The position numbers were made by a program, and so were the translations under genes. A DNA stretch of 63,597 nt, counting the filler, from Collodictyon triciliatum (taxonomy: Eukaryota), in the NCBI GenBank assembly GCA_043381765.1. It is 12 parts of 12 records of this genome, joined end to end, with 100 filler letters (N's around TTAATTAATTAA, not from the genome) between each part and the next. Parts side by side here need not be neighbours in the genome. Positions count along the whole stretch, not along the records: positions 1 to 5,192 come from JBHJMP010005396.1; positions 5,293 to 10,484 come from JBHJMP010005397.1; positions 10,585 to 17,944 come from JBHJMP010005398.1; 9 more parts are not named here. One strand, written 5' to 3'. This document shows positions 1 to 13,800 of this stretch, one piece after another; positions within the stretch are counted from its first letter, which is position 1, and each line of letters starts with the position of its first letter. The notes beneath the pieces are model-generated. The model was given only the letters and a program-made list of their open reading frames with translations. It made no database searches and was not told the DNA's origin.

Positions 1-229
1 GATAGTGATAGTGATAGTGATAGTGATAGTGATAGTGATAGTGATAGTGATAGTGATAGTGATAGTGATAGTGATAGTGATAGTGATAGTGATAGTGATG
101 GTGATGGTGATAGTGATAGTGATAGTGATAGTGATAGTGATAGTGATAGTGATGGTGATGGTGATGGTGATAGTGATGGTGATGGTGATGGTGATGGTGA
201 TGGTGATGGTGATGGTGATGGTGATGGTG
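1..229. repeat. (GATAGT/GATGGT)n microsatellite
   Basis: Read directly from the sequence. Confidence 0.98.
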
Positions 230-340
230 ATAATACTAATAATAACAACGACAGCATAAAAGATGAAATAGAAGGAAAGTAATGGCAGGTATGAAAGACA
301 CTTTGACTGATAAGTATAATACAAAATCTTTGTGGCATTA

Positions 341-3300
341 CCTTCTTTCGAACAAAATCGACACAGTCGTCAGAAGTTTTCAGTGCACTTGACTCCAACC
401 ACGCAGATTTTCTGGGTTGATTTAGCAGAAGGGTTGTATTTCCTGATGTCAATTGGTCATGTAATTGGTTCATCGTGCCAAGCATGTCATTTACAGATGA
501 CATAAGGAGTCTCCTTAAAATATCCCTTTCAGTGTTCAGGCTTTGCCGAGTTTGTGACCAAACCAACTCTAAGGAATCCAACATACTATCAAAATGAATA
601 TCGTCTGCTCTTTTTTCCAATGTTTCTAAATCCTCGATTTCGGCGATTCTGTGAAAAATTGATCTTCATTAGCCTTTTTTTTTTTTTCATGGCATTATAT
701 ACTTCAACAAAAAATTGTTGTGTGGGTTTTTCCAGTCACATGGAAAAGCTTTTACGGTATATTTGATGATATGCCGAATGAAGAATACGACGATTCCAGA
801 GGAGTGGCAATCTGCTGTAAAAGTCGAGCAAGGGTTGCCTATGGCGCCGATGCTTAGAATGATAAAATAAAAGATGGAAAGAATATACATGAACTGCCTC
901 AACTCACATTAAATCTTAGAATCAGATAATATTTCTCCCTTAGTTTCATTTGTAGAGCTGTGGTTTGTTTTTTGTATGAGCGAATATGCTCTTCCTTTTC
1001 TAGAGATATGCCATTGATTTTGTCAGATAACTCATCGACGATTTTCTCCAAGTCTGACTTTTGTTTTCGTGTCAATTCGTGTCTCTCCTGTTCTGTCTTC
1101 AATTTTGAAATAAATTCACCGTGTTCTACTTTCAATCTGTGCTGGTCAGCATCAAATGAAGATTTTTGAAGCGTTATTTGTCTATTTTGCTCTCGTAGAG
1201 ACTCGATGTTTTGAAGCAGAAGCTGGTAATCATCTTGAACTTTGTTCATTTTTCTTGTCTGTACTTCAAGTTTTGAGGCCAATTCCTTTTCTGAAGCCCT
1301 CTGACTCTGGAGTGTGGATTCTAAATGATGTATTCTAGTCTGCTCTCTTTGATTACTTTGTTTCAGCTCTTCTACTTTTTTGTTCGACACCTCCAAAAGA
1401 GATTCTAAAGTAGATTTCTCTTGCTTCAAAACAACATTTGCTCTTTCCAGGATACTCTGCTCTGAGTTGAGGAATGAGTTGGATGATTGGCCTGTTGACA
1501 TTATACCACGGAGTTCGCGAATCTCTTTTTCTAAATGCTCCTTTGTGAATTTCAGTGTTTGAGATTCTTCTTGTAGGGAAAGTCTTTGTGTCTCTGATTC
1601 ATAAAGTGATGATTGTAGGTCATCATTAGCTGTTACCAGAGACTCGATACGATGACGGAATTCTTCCATTCGTATACGAGCCTCATTCTCTTGTTCCTTC
1701 AAAACAGATATATCCCTATCTTTATCTTCAACTAGGTACTGCAGGCGAGTTACTTCAAGCTGTGAACCAAGAGACTCCTGTTCTAACTGCTGGATGGCCA
1801 TATATTGCGATTCTAGCTTGTGTACTAATTGGTCGGCATATTGTTCCGAATCTGTCGAGTGTTGAAGACCCCTTTCTAGTTGAGTCTTTTCAAGATAGAG
1901 GCGCCTATTCTCACCAACAAGTTTAGTATTTTCAACCTGAACCTGTTCAAAATTATCTTGAACCTCTCGCAGTCGAAGGGCTATTTGCATCTTTTCAGAG
2001 TTAATTGTCTCCGTTTTTGCTTTTTCGACTCGCAGCAAAGATGAAACTTCCAGCCATTTTTCATTAAGTTGGGACCGATCTTCTTGTAAATCTTCAATCT
2101 TTCGATTCAACTCTGCTATGGCACTTTGAAATGTCACCTGTTGGCGGGCTGTCTCGGCCAACTCACTAGCAGTAGATATGTTTCTCAAATCATGCTCTTC
2201 AATTTTTCTCTCTAACTCACCGCACTTTATTTCCAGTAGTTGATTTTTTTGGTTCAGAGAATCAACCATGATTTTGTAATCTTCTATAGATTCCACCAAC
2301 TCCTGCTTCTCCATTTCCATTTTGAGTTTCAATTCATCCATTTTTAAGGTTGATGCAGATATTGTTTGTCTTTCTGATAAAACCTTTTCTTTTTCTTGTG
2401 ATAAAGAGTCTAGTTTCAACGAATAATCATTGACCTCTGTTTCTAATTTTTGGATGGTATCCAAAAGCAAAGGTATATCCTGTGCAGTCAAATGATTCGG
2501 ATTAAACCCAGAATTTGATATTCCATCGCTTTCTGTCGGTATTGATTGGTTGATAGGGAGTTTGAATTCTCTCTTTGTGCGAGAAAGCTGCTGGATGGTA
2601 TCGGCATAGTGCTCGTTTTCTTCGGAGAGCGCTGCACATTGTTCTCTGAGCTTTTCTACTTCCATCTCAAGAGTTTTCAAAGGATGAGAAACAACTCCAT
2701 TTTCATCTATAAGGCTATCTGACCCTGCTGTATTCTGGACGTTGATCCCCACTAGTTCTGCCCTGAGCTGCTGTATCAGCTCGTCATTCAGAGAGAGCTT
2801 GGCCTCATACTCTATTTGCTGTTGTTCCCATTCTTTTTGTGCACTAGCCATTTTTGCAGCACCTTCTTGTTGCACAGAGTTAAGTTGGTCAGATAGGATC
2901 CTCCATTGATTCTGCAGAGCAGAGGAAGACTCCAATAGGCTGGATCTTTCTTCGGTCAGTTCGTCAACTTGCAGAGTCAGGCGCGCTTTTTCTGCTTGAA
3001 GTTCAATAATGGTGCGATTTGCTTTAGCAAAGTCAACAGATACCTGACCTTCGGCCTGGTCAGATAAGGTTTTCACTGTTTCTTCCAAGACTACTCTTTG
3101 TTGGGAGGATATTTTTAATTCTGTGCTCAGTTGATCGATTTTTTGCTGGAGGTCTTGAATTTCTTTCTTGCTCTCATCCAAAGTGGCAACCCATCTGGAA
3201 GTTTCTTCCTGTCGCTCAGTTTCCAATTGCTTCTTGAGCAACTTGGCCTGCATGGATATGCTTTTGTTTTCCTCATGAGCTATGAGTATTTGATCTTCTA

Positions 3301-4986
3301 GTTGAGTGACTTGCTCCTCTAGAGCAGATCTCTGGAGTTCAAGTTCTTTGATGGCTGCTGCATGGTTGGAATGGAGGGATGATTGTGTGGATTTGAATTG
3401 ATCAATAGTGTTTGAAAGCTGTACCACTAAGCTATCCCTTACTTGAGATAGTTCTTTCAGTTCTGACTCCAACTTTTGAACACGCAGCGTAGCGGACGTC
3501 TTTTCTTGCTGTATTTCTCTCATTTTTTGGTTTAGATTAGAAACCTCTTCGGAAAAGCCAGATGGGGACTCTGTGGATGCCAATTGAAGCTGTCGCTGAA
3601 GATTAATTATCTGGTCATTAGATGCTGACAGCTGAACCATCGAAAGATCATACTTTGATTCCAATTCCTTCTTTTCTGCCATGAGTGCATCCTTTGATAA
3701 AATCATATCCTTGAGCCTCTGGGACGTCTCAGCTTTTTCTTGAGTTTCCATTCGAAGTTGAGCCTCTGTTTCTGATAAAAGCGTTTTTAAGTGAATCGTT
3801 TCCCTGTCTGATGAAGATACCCTTTGTTGAAGCGCTGTGATTTCAGAACGCATTTGCGTTATTTGAGTAGAAGCTTGTTGTCCAGATTCATGCTGTAGGG
3901 TGGATGTATCTTTTAGGATAGAGACTTCTCTTGATCGTTTTGCTACTTCTTCCTTGATGGATTGATTTTCGATTCTCAAAGCAGACAGCTTAGCTTCTAA
4001 TCCGGCAATATTTTTTAAGTAGCCGCCAGTTTCTTGCTTATGCAGTTCCTGAACGGAGGAAGAAATCAACACATGTATTGGCGTTATTTGTTAGAAAAAA
4101 ATAAGATAATTGTTTACACTAAAAATATGAGAAATATGTAACCCTTACAAGTTGAAGATTTTGCTCCTTTTTCAACGAATTTATTTGTTGTTTGAGCTCT
4201 TCGTTTTCTGCTGTGAGAATTCGTGTGCTTGCCTTAGACTGCTCTAAAGTCAGCTCTAACGTCGACGTTTTCTTTGATTGGTCCCGTGTCACGGTTGATT
4301 GTTGGGTCATTTGTTCATACAACATACTGTATTTTGATGACTCTTCTTTTAACTTATTTTCCAGCCAAGATAATCGATCATTTTTGCTTTTAATATCCTC
4401 TTGTGATGATTGAATCTGCTGATTTTGCTCGACTACTTTTTGTACAGATGCACTTAGTTTCTCCTGTGATTCTCTCAGCGCATCTTCAAGTCTCTGGATA
4501 ATCGATGCGTATTGGGAGGAAGCCACTCCATCTGTCTCGGATGATGATCGCTGATAAGATAAAAAGTAATTGGTTAGATCATTCATCACACATGAGGATT
4601 TATATAAAGATGGACTTTATGAGTCAAAGACCAGCAAAGCATAACAGACTATCACCTGTGGGATTGTCTGGGTCACAAGCGATGTACTTGGGCTTTTCGG
4701 TAGCTTCAATAGGCGAACTGTGGCAGCTCTCCCAGGGACATAAGTTCCCTCCGCTTTTTGCGTTTTAAGCTGCTCGAACTACATTCATTACAATTTTTAT
4801 TCTGCTGGTCGTACGTGTAAATTATGAATGCATCTCTAAGGGGTACGAAAACATATAAAAATAAGACGGAGGAGGTCACGTTCTTTCGGGCCTATGCGAC
4901 CATGGAAAAAAAAATGATACAATCTCTCGTCCACGCAGTGCTTTCGCTGCCTTCTCCTCGGGATTCTGATTCTTTGCAGGCTCCAT
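341..4986 (-). CDS. Large coiled-coil (golgin/AKAP9-like) protein, multi-exon, 3' partial
   Basis: ORF 899..4072 (1057 aa) is E/Q/K/L/S-rich with heptad periodicity. Upstream exons splice in frame: ATG 4986 MEPAKNQNPEEKAAKALRGREI|LKTQKAEG...TIPQ|RSSSETDG. A further exon at ~341-590 ends in a GT donor before the terminal microsatellite. Confidence 0.75.
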
Positions 4987-5069
4987 TCGCAAAACGCTCA
5001 CTGTATTTGGATGCGAGCAGGCCGCGCTCACAGATCAAGAAGTCCAAATATAAGTCTGTCTTTGGGGGG

Positions 5070-5192
5070 TTGTTTTTTTTGGTTTTTTTTTTGGTTTTTG
5101 GTTTTTTTGGTTTTTTTGGTTTTTTTGGTTTTTTTGGTTTTTTTGGTTTTTTTGGTTTTTTTGGTTTTTTTGGTTTTTTGGTTTTTTTGGTT
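5070..5192. repeat. (TTTTTTTGG)n tandem repeat
   Basis: Read directly; ends contig 1. Confidence 0.95.
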
Positions 5193-5292
5193 NNNNNNNN
5201 NNNNNNNNNNNNNNNNNNNNNNNNNNNNNNNNNNNNTTAATTAATTAANNNNNNNNNNNNNNNNNNNNNNNNNNNNNNNNNNNNNNNNNNNN
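5193..5292. other. Artificial contig spacer N44-TTAATTAATTAA-N44 (first of 11; the others start at 10485, 17945, 23235, 28523, 33810, 39093, 44372, 49649, 54922 and 60193)
   Basis: Identical 100-nt spacer each time, with stop codons in all six frames. Confidence 0.99.
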
Positions 5293-5343
<51 letters not shown>

Positions 5344-5389
5344 CCTCCCTCTCTCTCTCTCTCTACCCCACTTTTCTGATACAATCAGG

Positions 5390-6984
5390 ACACAAAATCT
5401 TTTGCAAGCTCTGGAAAGATTGATAACTGGCAAAATTTGGCTGATGACCGCATCTTTCTGTTTGTTGGAACCGAAGATCGCACGGTCTATCCAGGTAAAG
5501 CCTCTTCTCAAACTAGATTATTATCTGCTAGAGATCAATATATCATCAATAGCTTGTACAAGAATCCCTTCCCTTTAATCGAATGAAGAAAGGAAAAAGA
5601 AAAGGGGCGATAAAATCAATCACTCGTGTATCCAATTTGTTATGCAGGAGTAATGCAAAAGCTTGAGGACTACTATAGAAATTTCATCCCAGCAGGTTCG
5701 CAGGTCTGTGAAGATAGCATGATGATTAATTTTTATGTATATAATTTTTTTTAAGACTGCCTCGAAAACATTAGGAATGATAGAATCATGTTTTAAAATG
5801 CTTGGCTTTTCTTTTTTTCTCCCAAAACTTATCATTTTTCTTGAAGAATTTTCTGTCGCATCTCCAACAAGAGTTTTTTTTTTCTGTAGATTCTTACTGA
5901 TTACTCTCTGCGATGCGGACATGGTGTTCCAACTCTTAACTACGGAGTTACTTGCTCGACCTCAGGAGAGTATGAAGCGATTCTGCATGCTAGCCAGATG
6001 AGAATTATAAGACGATGGCTCTAACAAATTAATATTTGTATACAGCATCAAATTCGAAATGCACTTTCTAAAACACTATCTCCCAATGCAGCCCATACCT
6101 GAATAGATGTAGCTACGATGGAATAGGAATTGGTTTGAAGCAAGTTTATGGAACTATTCTCCCTGCTGTTAACCCCGTAGCGGCTAATGTTAGTAAAATT
6201 ATCTGGAAAAAAAGTGCCAAAAGATACCCTTTTCGATTTTATTTCTAGAAACCAACCCTTTTTTTTCTTTTTTTTTTGCAAAGAGATAATTTTTTCAAAA
6301 ATATATATTTAAAAAAATTATCCCAGACTGAGACCATTTTTTTTTATGTTAGTTGGTATCTTTTGATTTGACACTTTTCAGTCCAAGAACACCATCTTCA
6401 ATAAGCATGGACAGAACAGCCTACGCTTACATTCCTACTGGATGCCACTCGGCCAACTCCAGTATATTTCCTCCCCACTCAGGATTTTTCCGTTCATTAC
6501 CCTTTAAAAATATTGATTTGCCTACAACCAACCTCCACTTATAAGCCCGAAGGTTATTTTTAAATTATTTTTTAAACAAACCATCGAATGCAGCGATGCC
6601 CTGTAAGCTCCACATCTCTTTCCATGGATGCATTCAAAATGTCAATAGTGTCGGCGATGAATACATCAAAAACACGGGTTTGAACGGATATGCGGAGGCA
6701 AACAACATCATCATCCTATATCCACAAACAATAACCACCCTTGGAAGCAACCCGAATGCATGCTATGATTGGTATTTATATTTATATATGCCTGTCTTCT
6801 CTAGTAGAACTTCAACTATATCCATTTTTTCTTTGGATATTGCTTTGTAAAAAGACGAACAACGTGTAGGTGGGGATATCTGGATGCCAACTATGCTGTC
6901 AAGACTGGTCCACAAATGCAGATTGTGAAAAATCTGATAGACTACGTTGTGGGAACCTCTAATCCAACCCTGGTCAGACAATAA
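5390..6984 (+). CDS. PHB depolymerase-like alpha/beta hydrolase, domain/gene 1 (5' partial)
   Basis: Spliced exons give IDNWQNLADDRIFLFVGTEDRTVYP, GHGVPTLNYG, PYLNRCSYDGIG, AYAYIPTGC, CKLHISFHGCIQ, GLNGYAEANNIIILYPQ, NPNACYDW|WGYLDANYA. These are hallmarks of the fungal-type (Penicillium PhaZ-like) PHB depolymerase family. Confidence 0.85.
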
Positions 6985-7249
6985 ACCACCTTGAATAAAG
7001 GCACAAACATACAGGCTTTATGGATTTCTATATTAATTAATATACTTTTTTTTTTTATTCTTCAGTTATTATTCTGATGTCTCATCCCTTGGCTATTTTT
7101 TTTAAAATTTTTTCACTTCATTTTCATTGTATTTTTCATAAGCCATAAATGGCCAAAAGAATGAATATCTTGTGTAAAAATCTATATTAGAGTCCCGCTG
7201 TCTCTTTTTCTTTTCCTTTTCTTAAAATTTATTGAAATTTTGTATGTAG

Positions 7250-9667
7250 AAACCAACACAAACAGCTGCGCGCACAGCAACGAATCGCCGCAGCATGTCA
7301 AAAAGACCAACAAATTCCAACAAACCATCAGCAACGCCCAGGGCAACTGCACCACCATCACAACCTTGTAATAGACCATAAATCCGCTTTCACATCGTAT
7401 AAATGCAATTACAATAGTTGTTTCTTTCGTTTACTGGACTAGTTTTCTAATTTATAAACGCTGTACTCAAGTGCCACCACGTTCTGTCAATCCGTCACTC
7501 ATTTCTGTCGGAGGACTCACTGCGGGTGCATATCTGGCAACGCAAGTACAGGTTAGTCCAGCTTTCTTTCATATTGTATGAGATTATTGCGAGTGATTAT
7601 TCGGGGAAGATGTCGCCTTTTATATGTTTAACTTTTTATATTTCTTATTTTTTCCTTTCCTTTCCTCTCTTTTTTCTTTTCTTTTCTTTCTTTTTTCTTT
7701 TCTTTTCTTTCCTTTCTTTTTTCTTTTTTCTTTTTCTTTTCTTTCTTTTCTTTTCTTTTCTTTTCTTTTCTTTTCTTTTCTTTTCTTTTCTTTTCTTTTC
7801 TTTTCTTTTCTTTTCTTTTCTTTTCTTTTCTTTTCTTCTCCTTAAAGTTATTTCATAATTCTTGCTGTCAGACAAATATTTATGATAAGCAAAAATGAAA
7901 ATCGTGCAGGTTGCATTATCGTCTTCTATCATGGGTGCAGTTATTATGGGAGGCGGGCCGTATTACTGTGAGCTTTCTAATTGATTTTGATATATATATT
8001 GATTTGACAGAGTTCGAAATATACAATCGTCAATTCTTTTCACAATTCTTTTTAATATCTTGGATTAGGTGCTGAGAATTCGCTGACTCTAGCAACAAGC
8101 ACGTGTGTTTCAAACCCCTCCAGAATCGATGCAAACCGTTTGGTTACGTTCACTAATGACTTTGCCAGAGTAAGATAATATGATGGCTATAATTTATCCA
8201 CTCCTAAAATGCAGTTGTATGTGGGGGTTTTTTTTATATCTTATCCATAGAGAAAGTTACGAAACTTACTTAGTATCTGCCTCCAATAGTTGGGATATAT
8301 TGACTCAACTCAGAACTTGGCTAGCCACAGAGTTTTCATATTTTCTGGCACTGAAGACACCACCGTCGTGCCTGGTTTTTATATTTATATTTATTTTTGT
8401 TTTTGTTTCTTTTTCTATTCTTTTTCTTCTTTTTCTTCTTTTTCTACTTTTTCTTCTTTTTTTTTTTACAGCATATAACTACATATTCATAATATTTTGT
8501 TCCGACTTAATGTCACATATACAGGTGTAGTAAAGAAACTGGAAGATTATTACCGTGCATTGAATGTTTCACAAATCCAGGCCGAGGTTTTGACAGATTG
8601 AGTAATAATGCCAAAAGCAACCCCTTTGCCCGAAAGTTAACAGCATACTCTCTCCGTCGCAGTATTCTGTCGCAGCTGGGCATTGTGTACCGACGATATC
8701 CACGGGTGCTGCTTGCTACCGCACTGTATCTCCGTACATCAATAATTGTGGCTATGATGCAGCTGGAATGGCATTGACTCATATATATGGGCGGCTGGCA
8801 TCTCGAGTGACGCAAATCGGAACAAATGTAAAGAAACTAATTATACTATGTAGCATGTTCTGATGGGGCTGTTGGCCTGTTTTTGTTTTTTTTCCCAAGA
8901 AAATAGATGGTCGATGTGAATGTCTTCCCTAGGAGAATATTATTGAAACGTCCCACGTTCACATGAATTTTTTTCCTTTATTCGATACGTTCACATGAAA
9001 TAATTGTATGTAAATCTCTTCTCTTTAATAAAAATTCATGTTTAGCTGGTGATGTTCGATATGAGTCAATACACGTCACGAAGTCCGGAGCTGGTTGGTC
9101 TTGCCAGCAAAGCATTTGCCTACGTTCCTATGGCCTGCAGGCAAAGCAATTGTGAGTTGGATTGTGTGGTCATTATGTTACACCACCACCAAAGTATTGC
9201 ATATTACTTAATAAATACATATATTTGTCTTTTTACCATGGATCAATAGCGCAGTGCGCATTGCACTTTTCATTCCATGGCTGCTCCCAGTCTCAAGCGA
9301 TTGTTGGAAACGCTTACATCCAAACCGCCGGCTACAACGAATGGGCGGAGAGTAATAAGGTTTCTGGCGAATGTCATTCTATTTAGTCCAAATTCATAAT
9401 CATAATCATAATCATAATACTCCAGCGCCCCACATATTTGAGTGAGATTACATCAAGCCCTCTTTATTTAACTTGTGAGCTAATAAAAAAAAACCAACTT
9501 CCTTCCAGATAATTGTCATCTACCCCCAAGCAGCTCCCACACTTGCAAGTCCACTCTCCTGCTTTGACTGGTGGGGGCACACGGGAACCGGCTATGCCTA
9601 CAGGAATGCTCCGCAAATCGAGGCTATCACTCGCATAATTAGCTTCCTGGTTAATGGGCGCATGTAA
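7250..9667 (+). CDS. PHB depolymerase-like alpha/beta hydrolase, domain/gene 2, preceded by a Pro/Thr-rich linker
   Basis: Exons give LPPRSVNPSLISVGGLTAGAYLATQVQ|VALSSSIMGAVIMGGGPYYC, NLASHRVFIFSGTEDTTVVPG, GHCVPT, PYINNCGYDAAG, CALHFSFHGCSQ, GYNEWAESN, IYPQA...CFDWWGHTG. Stop TAA at 9665-9667. Confidence 0.85.
7740..7837. repeat. (CTTTT)n intronic microsatellite
   Basis: Read directly from the sequence. Confidence 0.95.
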
Positions 9668-10430
9668 ATCTGTGCGTGACGTTGGGTAATGGTATGAGAC
9701 TGTACCAAAGCCGGAGCTCAGCCCAGCAGCCGTTAAACGCAGGATATGTTGGAAAAGAATAAAAAGAAGAAAAAGAAAAAGAAATAACGGAATAGAAAAT
9801 AGGAAAGGTGTACAAACCTCATTCCTAAAGTAAGAGTTTCGCACTCGCAAACAGCCAAAAAAAAACACATTCTGACCCTCTGGAAGGAAAAGCCGAGTCT
9901 AAGATGCGAAAACCAGAGTATTTTTTTTTTCTTTTATTCTTCCTTTCAATTTATGCAAGATGCTGGGATGTTGGCGAGCGATGACATAATAATCTGAGTA
10001 AAAAGACGCTATGCAACACACTCAACTACACAATCGACCGAAATGATGATGCTTCTTAACAACCCACTTTCTTTTCCCGCGTTGGCTTGTCTCCTCCGGA
10101 TGCCGCGCGATATTCAAACAGGAATCGTTCAGATTTCTTTATATTTTTTCTTGCCTTTATCTTTTGTTTTTTTCTTTCAAAGAATTGGACTAACCCATGA
10201 CAATATTTTAAGGCTATCTGTCTTAGAGAGTCTTTGTGGATTGGAATGCTTTTAGATACTTTATTATGCAGGTAAGAGGAAAAGGACAAAAGAAAACTCT
10301 GGAATGTGGAAGCGTTCACTCAACCGATGCACTCATACAAACACAAACGTACCGCTACATACATAGACCTTTCGACTCCTGCTTCTTTCCTTTTTTCTTT
10401 TCTACTTCTTATCAACCCCAGTTCTCGGCC

Positions 10431-10484
<54 letters not shown>

Positions 10485-10584
10485 NNNNNNNNNNNNNNNN
10501 NNNNNNNNNNNNNNNNNNNNNNNNNNNNTTAATTAATTAANNNNNNNNNNNNNNNNNNNNNNNNNNNNNNNNNNNNNNNNNNNN

Positions 10585-10642
<58 letters not shown>

Positions 10643-10880
10643 AAAAAAACAAAAAAACAAAAAAACAAAAAAACAAAAAAACAGAAAAACAGAAAAACAG
10701 AAAAACAGAAAAACAGAAAAACAGAAAAACAGAAAAACAAAACGAAACAAAAGCAAAAACACAAAAATAAAAGCGTTTACAATTGTCCAACCCCTCCAGA
10801 AGTACTTGACTCTTGAGATTATATTTGTTGCAGTCTTTTTTCTTGCTGAATCATCCATCACGAACAACAGCACGAACAAA

Positions 10881-13800
10881 ATGTCTAAAGAACCTACGAG
10901 CACAAAGCTCGCACCGGCTTTCACCGGCAATGTGTTTCTTACGCTTCTGGTCGTTATTGCCGTGCATTTTAATCGAGTTGTTCCAGATGCTTACATGGTC
11001 AGTTTTTGGTCATGTTTTTACTATTGGTCTCTTACGTCTCTTGGTTCTGTTCAGATTTTGCGCTTTGCTCAGAGGCAGAGTCTCGCAATAAGACTATACT
11101 CATCGAATTATACAGCCTATACATATGCGACTAACATATCTCCCTTACAAGCACCATTGAGTACCATCCAAAGATGGCATATCTAATCAAAAAGCCTTCC
11201 ATATCAAATTATATAGGATGAGATATTTCACATTAAGCAAACACAACAATACTGCAGAGGCGATTTTTTCACTTGGGACCCAAAGATAACAACCCCTCCT
11301 GGGCTGTAAGAACTATACAAAATTCAGTATTTGTTAGGAAAAAAACCTGGATATTTAAAGTGTTGGTCTTGGGTGATGTAACTTAGTTTCGTTTGAATCA
11401 AAAACATGTTTTTTTCCCACTCAATTTTACTTTAATGACCTTGGTTCCTTAAAAAGAGAGGATCTATATAAATATACTATTTTTTGATTAGTTATTATGC
11501 TTCATGGCTCATGTCCAATTTTTTTGGAATTGTAATGGGCGCACCAACGACAAACTACTGCGCAATACCGTTAGTTCTTTTTCATAAGGATTCCGTACAC
11601 ACTTTTACAATCTAATTCGTTTTAAATATTCTGATTTTATTATAAAAATATTTTGTGTTTCATGCATGTACAACTTTACCATCAAAAGACTTCTGAGGGC
11701 AACAAACATCATTTTTGCCGTCTTAAATTTCTTTCTGGTCCATTCGATAATAAAGCTGAAGCATCCTCTATCATCTACAGAGGATATTACTATCCAAGTT
11801 TATTTACTTTCATTTATAAACATTTGAAATTTATGCAATTGTGTCGAGTATAATCTCCAAGTGGGTATTTATGCACAATTTGCAATTGAAGGACTCGCAA
11901 TTCCTTACAAGAAATACTTGTAGGCTCTATCAGTCTCTACTTTTCCAGTGGTATTCATATTTTATTTCCTATATTACACGGATACCGGGTCTCTTTCATT
12001 TGTCCTATTATCTTACTTGATGGAGGAAAAACGCCGTACTTTTCTATCCTCACTGGTGAGGTCTAAATCTATAACAAATGGAAGGCTTTAAATGAAAAAT
12101 AATAATGTGATAGTATCTGATGATTATAAGTGGTTTATGTAAAGCATGTTGATGCCTAATGTTCATTCATAATGCTTCCATTTTCTTAATGTCTTTCCGG
12201 CCACTCGCTTTTTAAGTTCGGTAGTCTGTCACTTCTATTTCGGCAAACAAATATTATTTGGATTGGCCTCATCTGCTTCGAAGGAATAAATAAGATTGTG
12301 ATGGATAAAGACCCCCACATAGGAGGTATATGCACATATTCTAATATCATATTTTAAAGTTGTATTTTAATCATGAAAATGAGCTTGAAAGGTGCTATTT
12401 GATATCAGCAGCCAAAAAAATGAAGTTAAGTAATTTTTCAATAATAAATCACCAACTGAGTTCTTGATAAAGCAAAGTTCTTTATATTAGGCCGTGAATG
12501 GTTTCGTAGATTCACACAGAATATAAACAAAATTATAAAATTTTCAATCCCATATGTGGTGGTTCTGTGTATATTTGTATTTTTTATCTATATGAACGAG
12601 GGAATTGTTCTGGGTATGTTTGCATATTACTCCATTACTATTACTATTACTATTACTATTACTATTACTATTACTATTACTATTACTATTACTATTACTA
12701 TTACTATTACTATTACTATTACTATTACTATTACTATTACTATTACTATTACNACTATTACTATTACTATTACTATTACTATTACTATTACTATTACTAT
12801 TACTATTACTATTACTATTACTATTACTATTACTATTACTATTACTATTACTATTACTATTACTATTGCATGTGTCACAAGCGATTCACATCAAAATATT
12901 CTCAAGGTGACCGTTCCATGCATTTTGCTGTATTTCATGCCCCACAAGCAAGTTTTTTTTGTTTTTGTTTCATGAGTCTTTACATTTGTAATTTTTGACA
13001 GAATAAAACAATACAGTTAACATTCCTTTATCCATATATCATTCCTTATAGCTTCTATACTTTTTACTGTTTTATTGCTGCTTCCATCCAGGGCATGTGA
13101 TTGAATCGTTCTTGCCTGTCTTGAAAATCATAAGTAATTTTTCTTGCATTGTTTTATTTATTTGTATTTCCCAGACCTAATGTTTGTTTGTTTGTTTGTT
13201 TGTTTGTTTGTTTGTTTGTTTGTTTGTTTGTTTGTTTGTTTGTTTGTTTGTTTGTTTGTTTGTTCATTTTTAGTTAAAAAAATATTAATAAACAGCGAAA
13301 TCAAGATACACCATATTTGCAGTTACTTGCATAATTTTTACTATGTTTTTCTGTATCCAACAGTACACGTAAGTTGAATTGTATCTTACAAAACAAAAAT
13401 TCCAATATGAAACCTTGAATACATTTCTGTTATAAAATACACTTTCACCGCTAACTATATATGATTTTATTACAATTGATGTTCTTGTGGGTTTAAATTG
13501 CTTCTTTTTTCTCCTCGGCTATAGTTTAGTTCATCCGTATATTCTGGCAGATAATCGGCACTTCACCTTTTAGTACGGCCAACATAAAATTATCTCACGT
13601 AAAAAATGCTGTTCTCTTGTGTAAAATAATCAAAACCTAAAGCATGACATTCTATCCACAGCTTCTGGAGGCGTGTTGTAGACAGAAATGAATATTCTCG
13701 CTATTTGATGATACCTGTGTATACCTTTAGTCTGTTTCTCGTGCTTGTGCGCCTCCGTAATTCTCAATTTCGCTGTATCCCACCTGATATCTTTCAACAG

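Noticed and set aside
5070-5192. (T7G2)n at a contig end as a ciliate-like telomere or nanochromosome end
   Set aside because: It is not shared by other contig ends, and genes are cut mid-intron at contig ends, which indicates assembly breaks at microsatellites.
5237-5248. Recurring palindrome TTAATTAATTAA about every 5.3 kb
   Set aside because: It is an artificial six-frame-stop linker inside N spacers, not biological.
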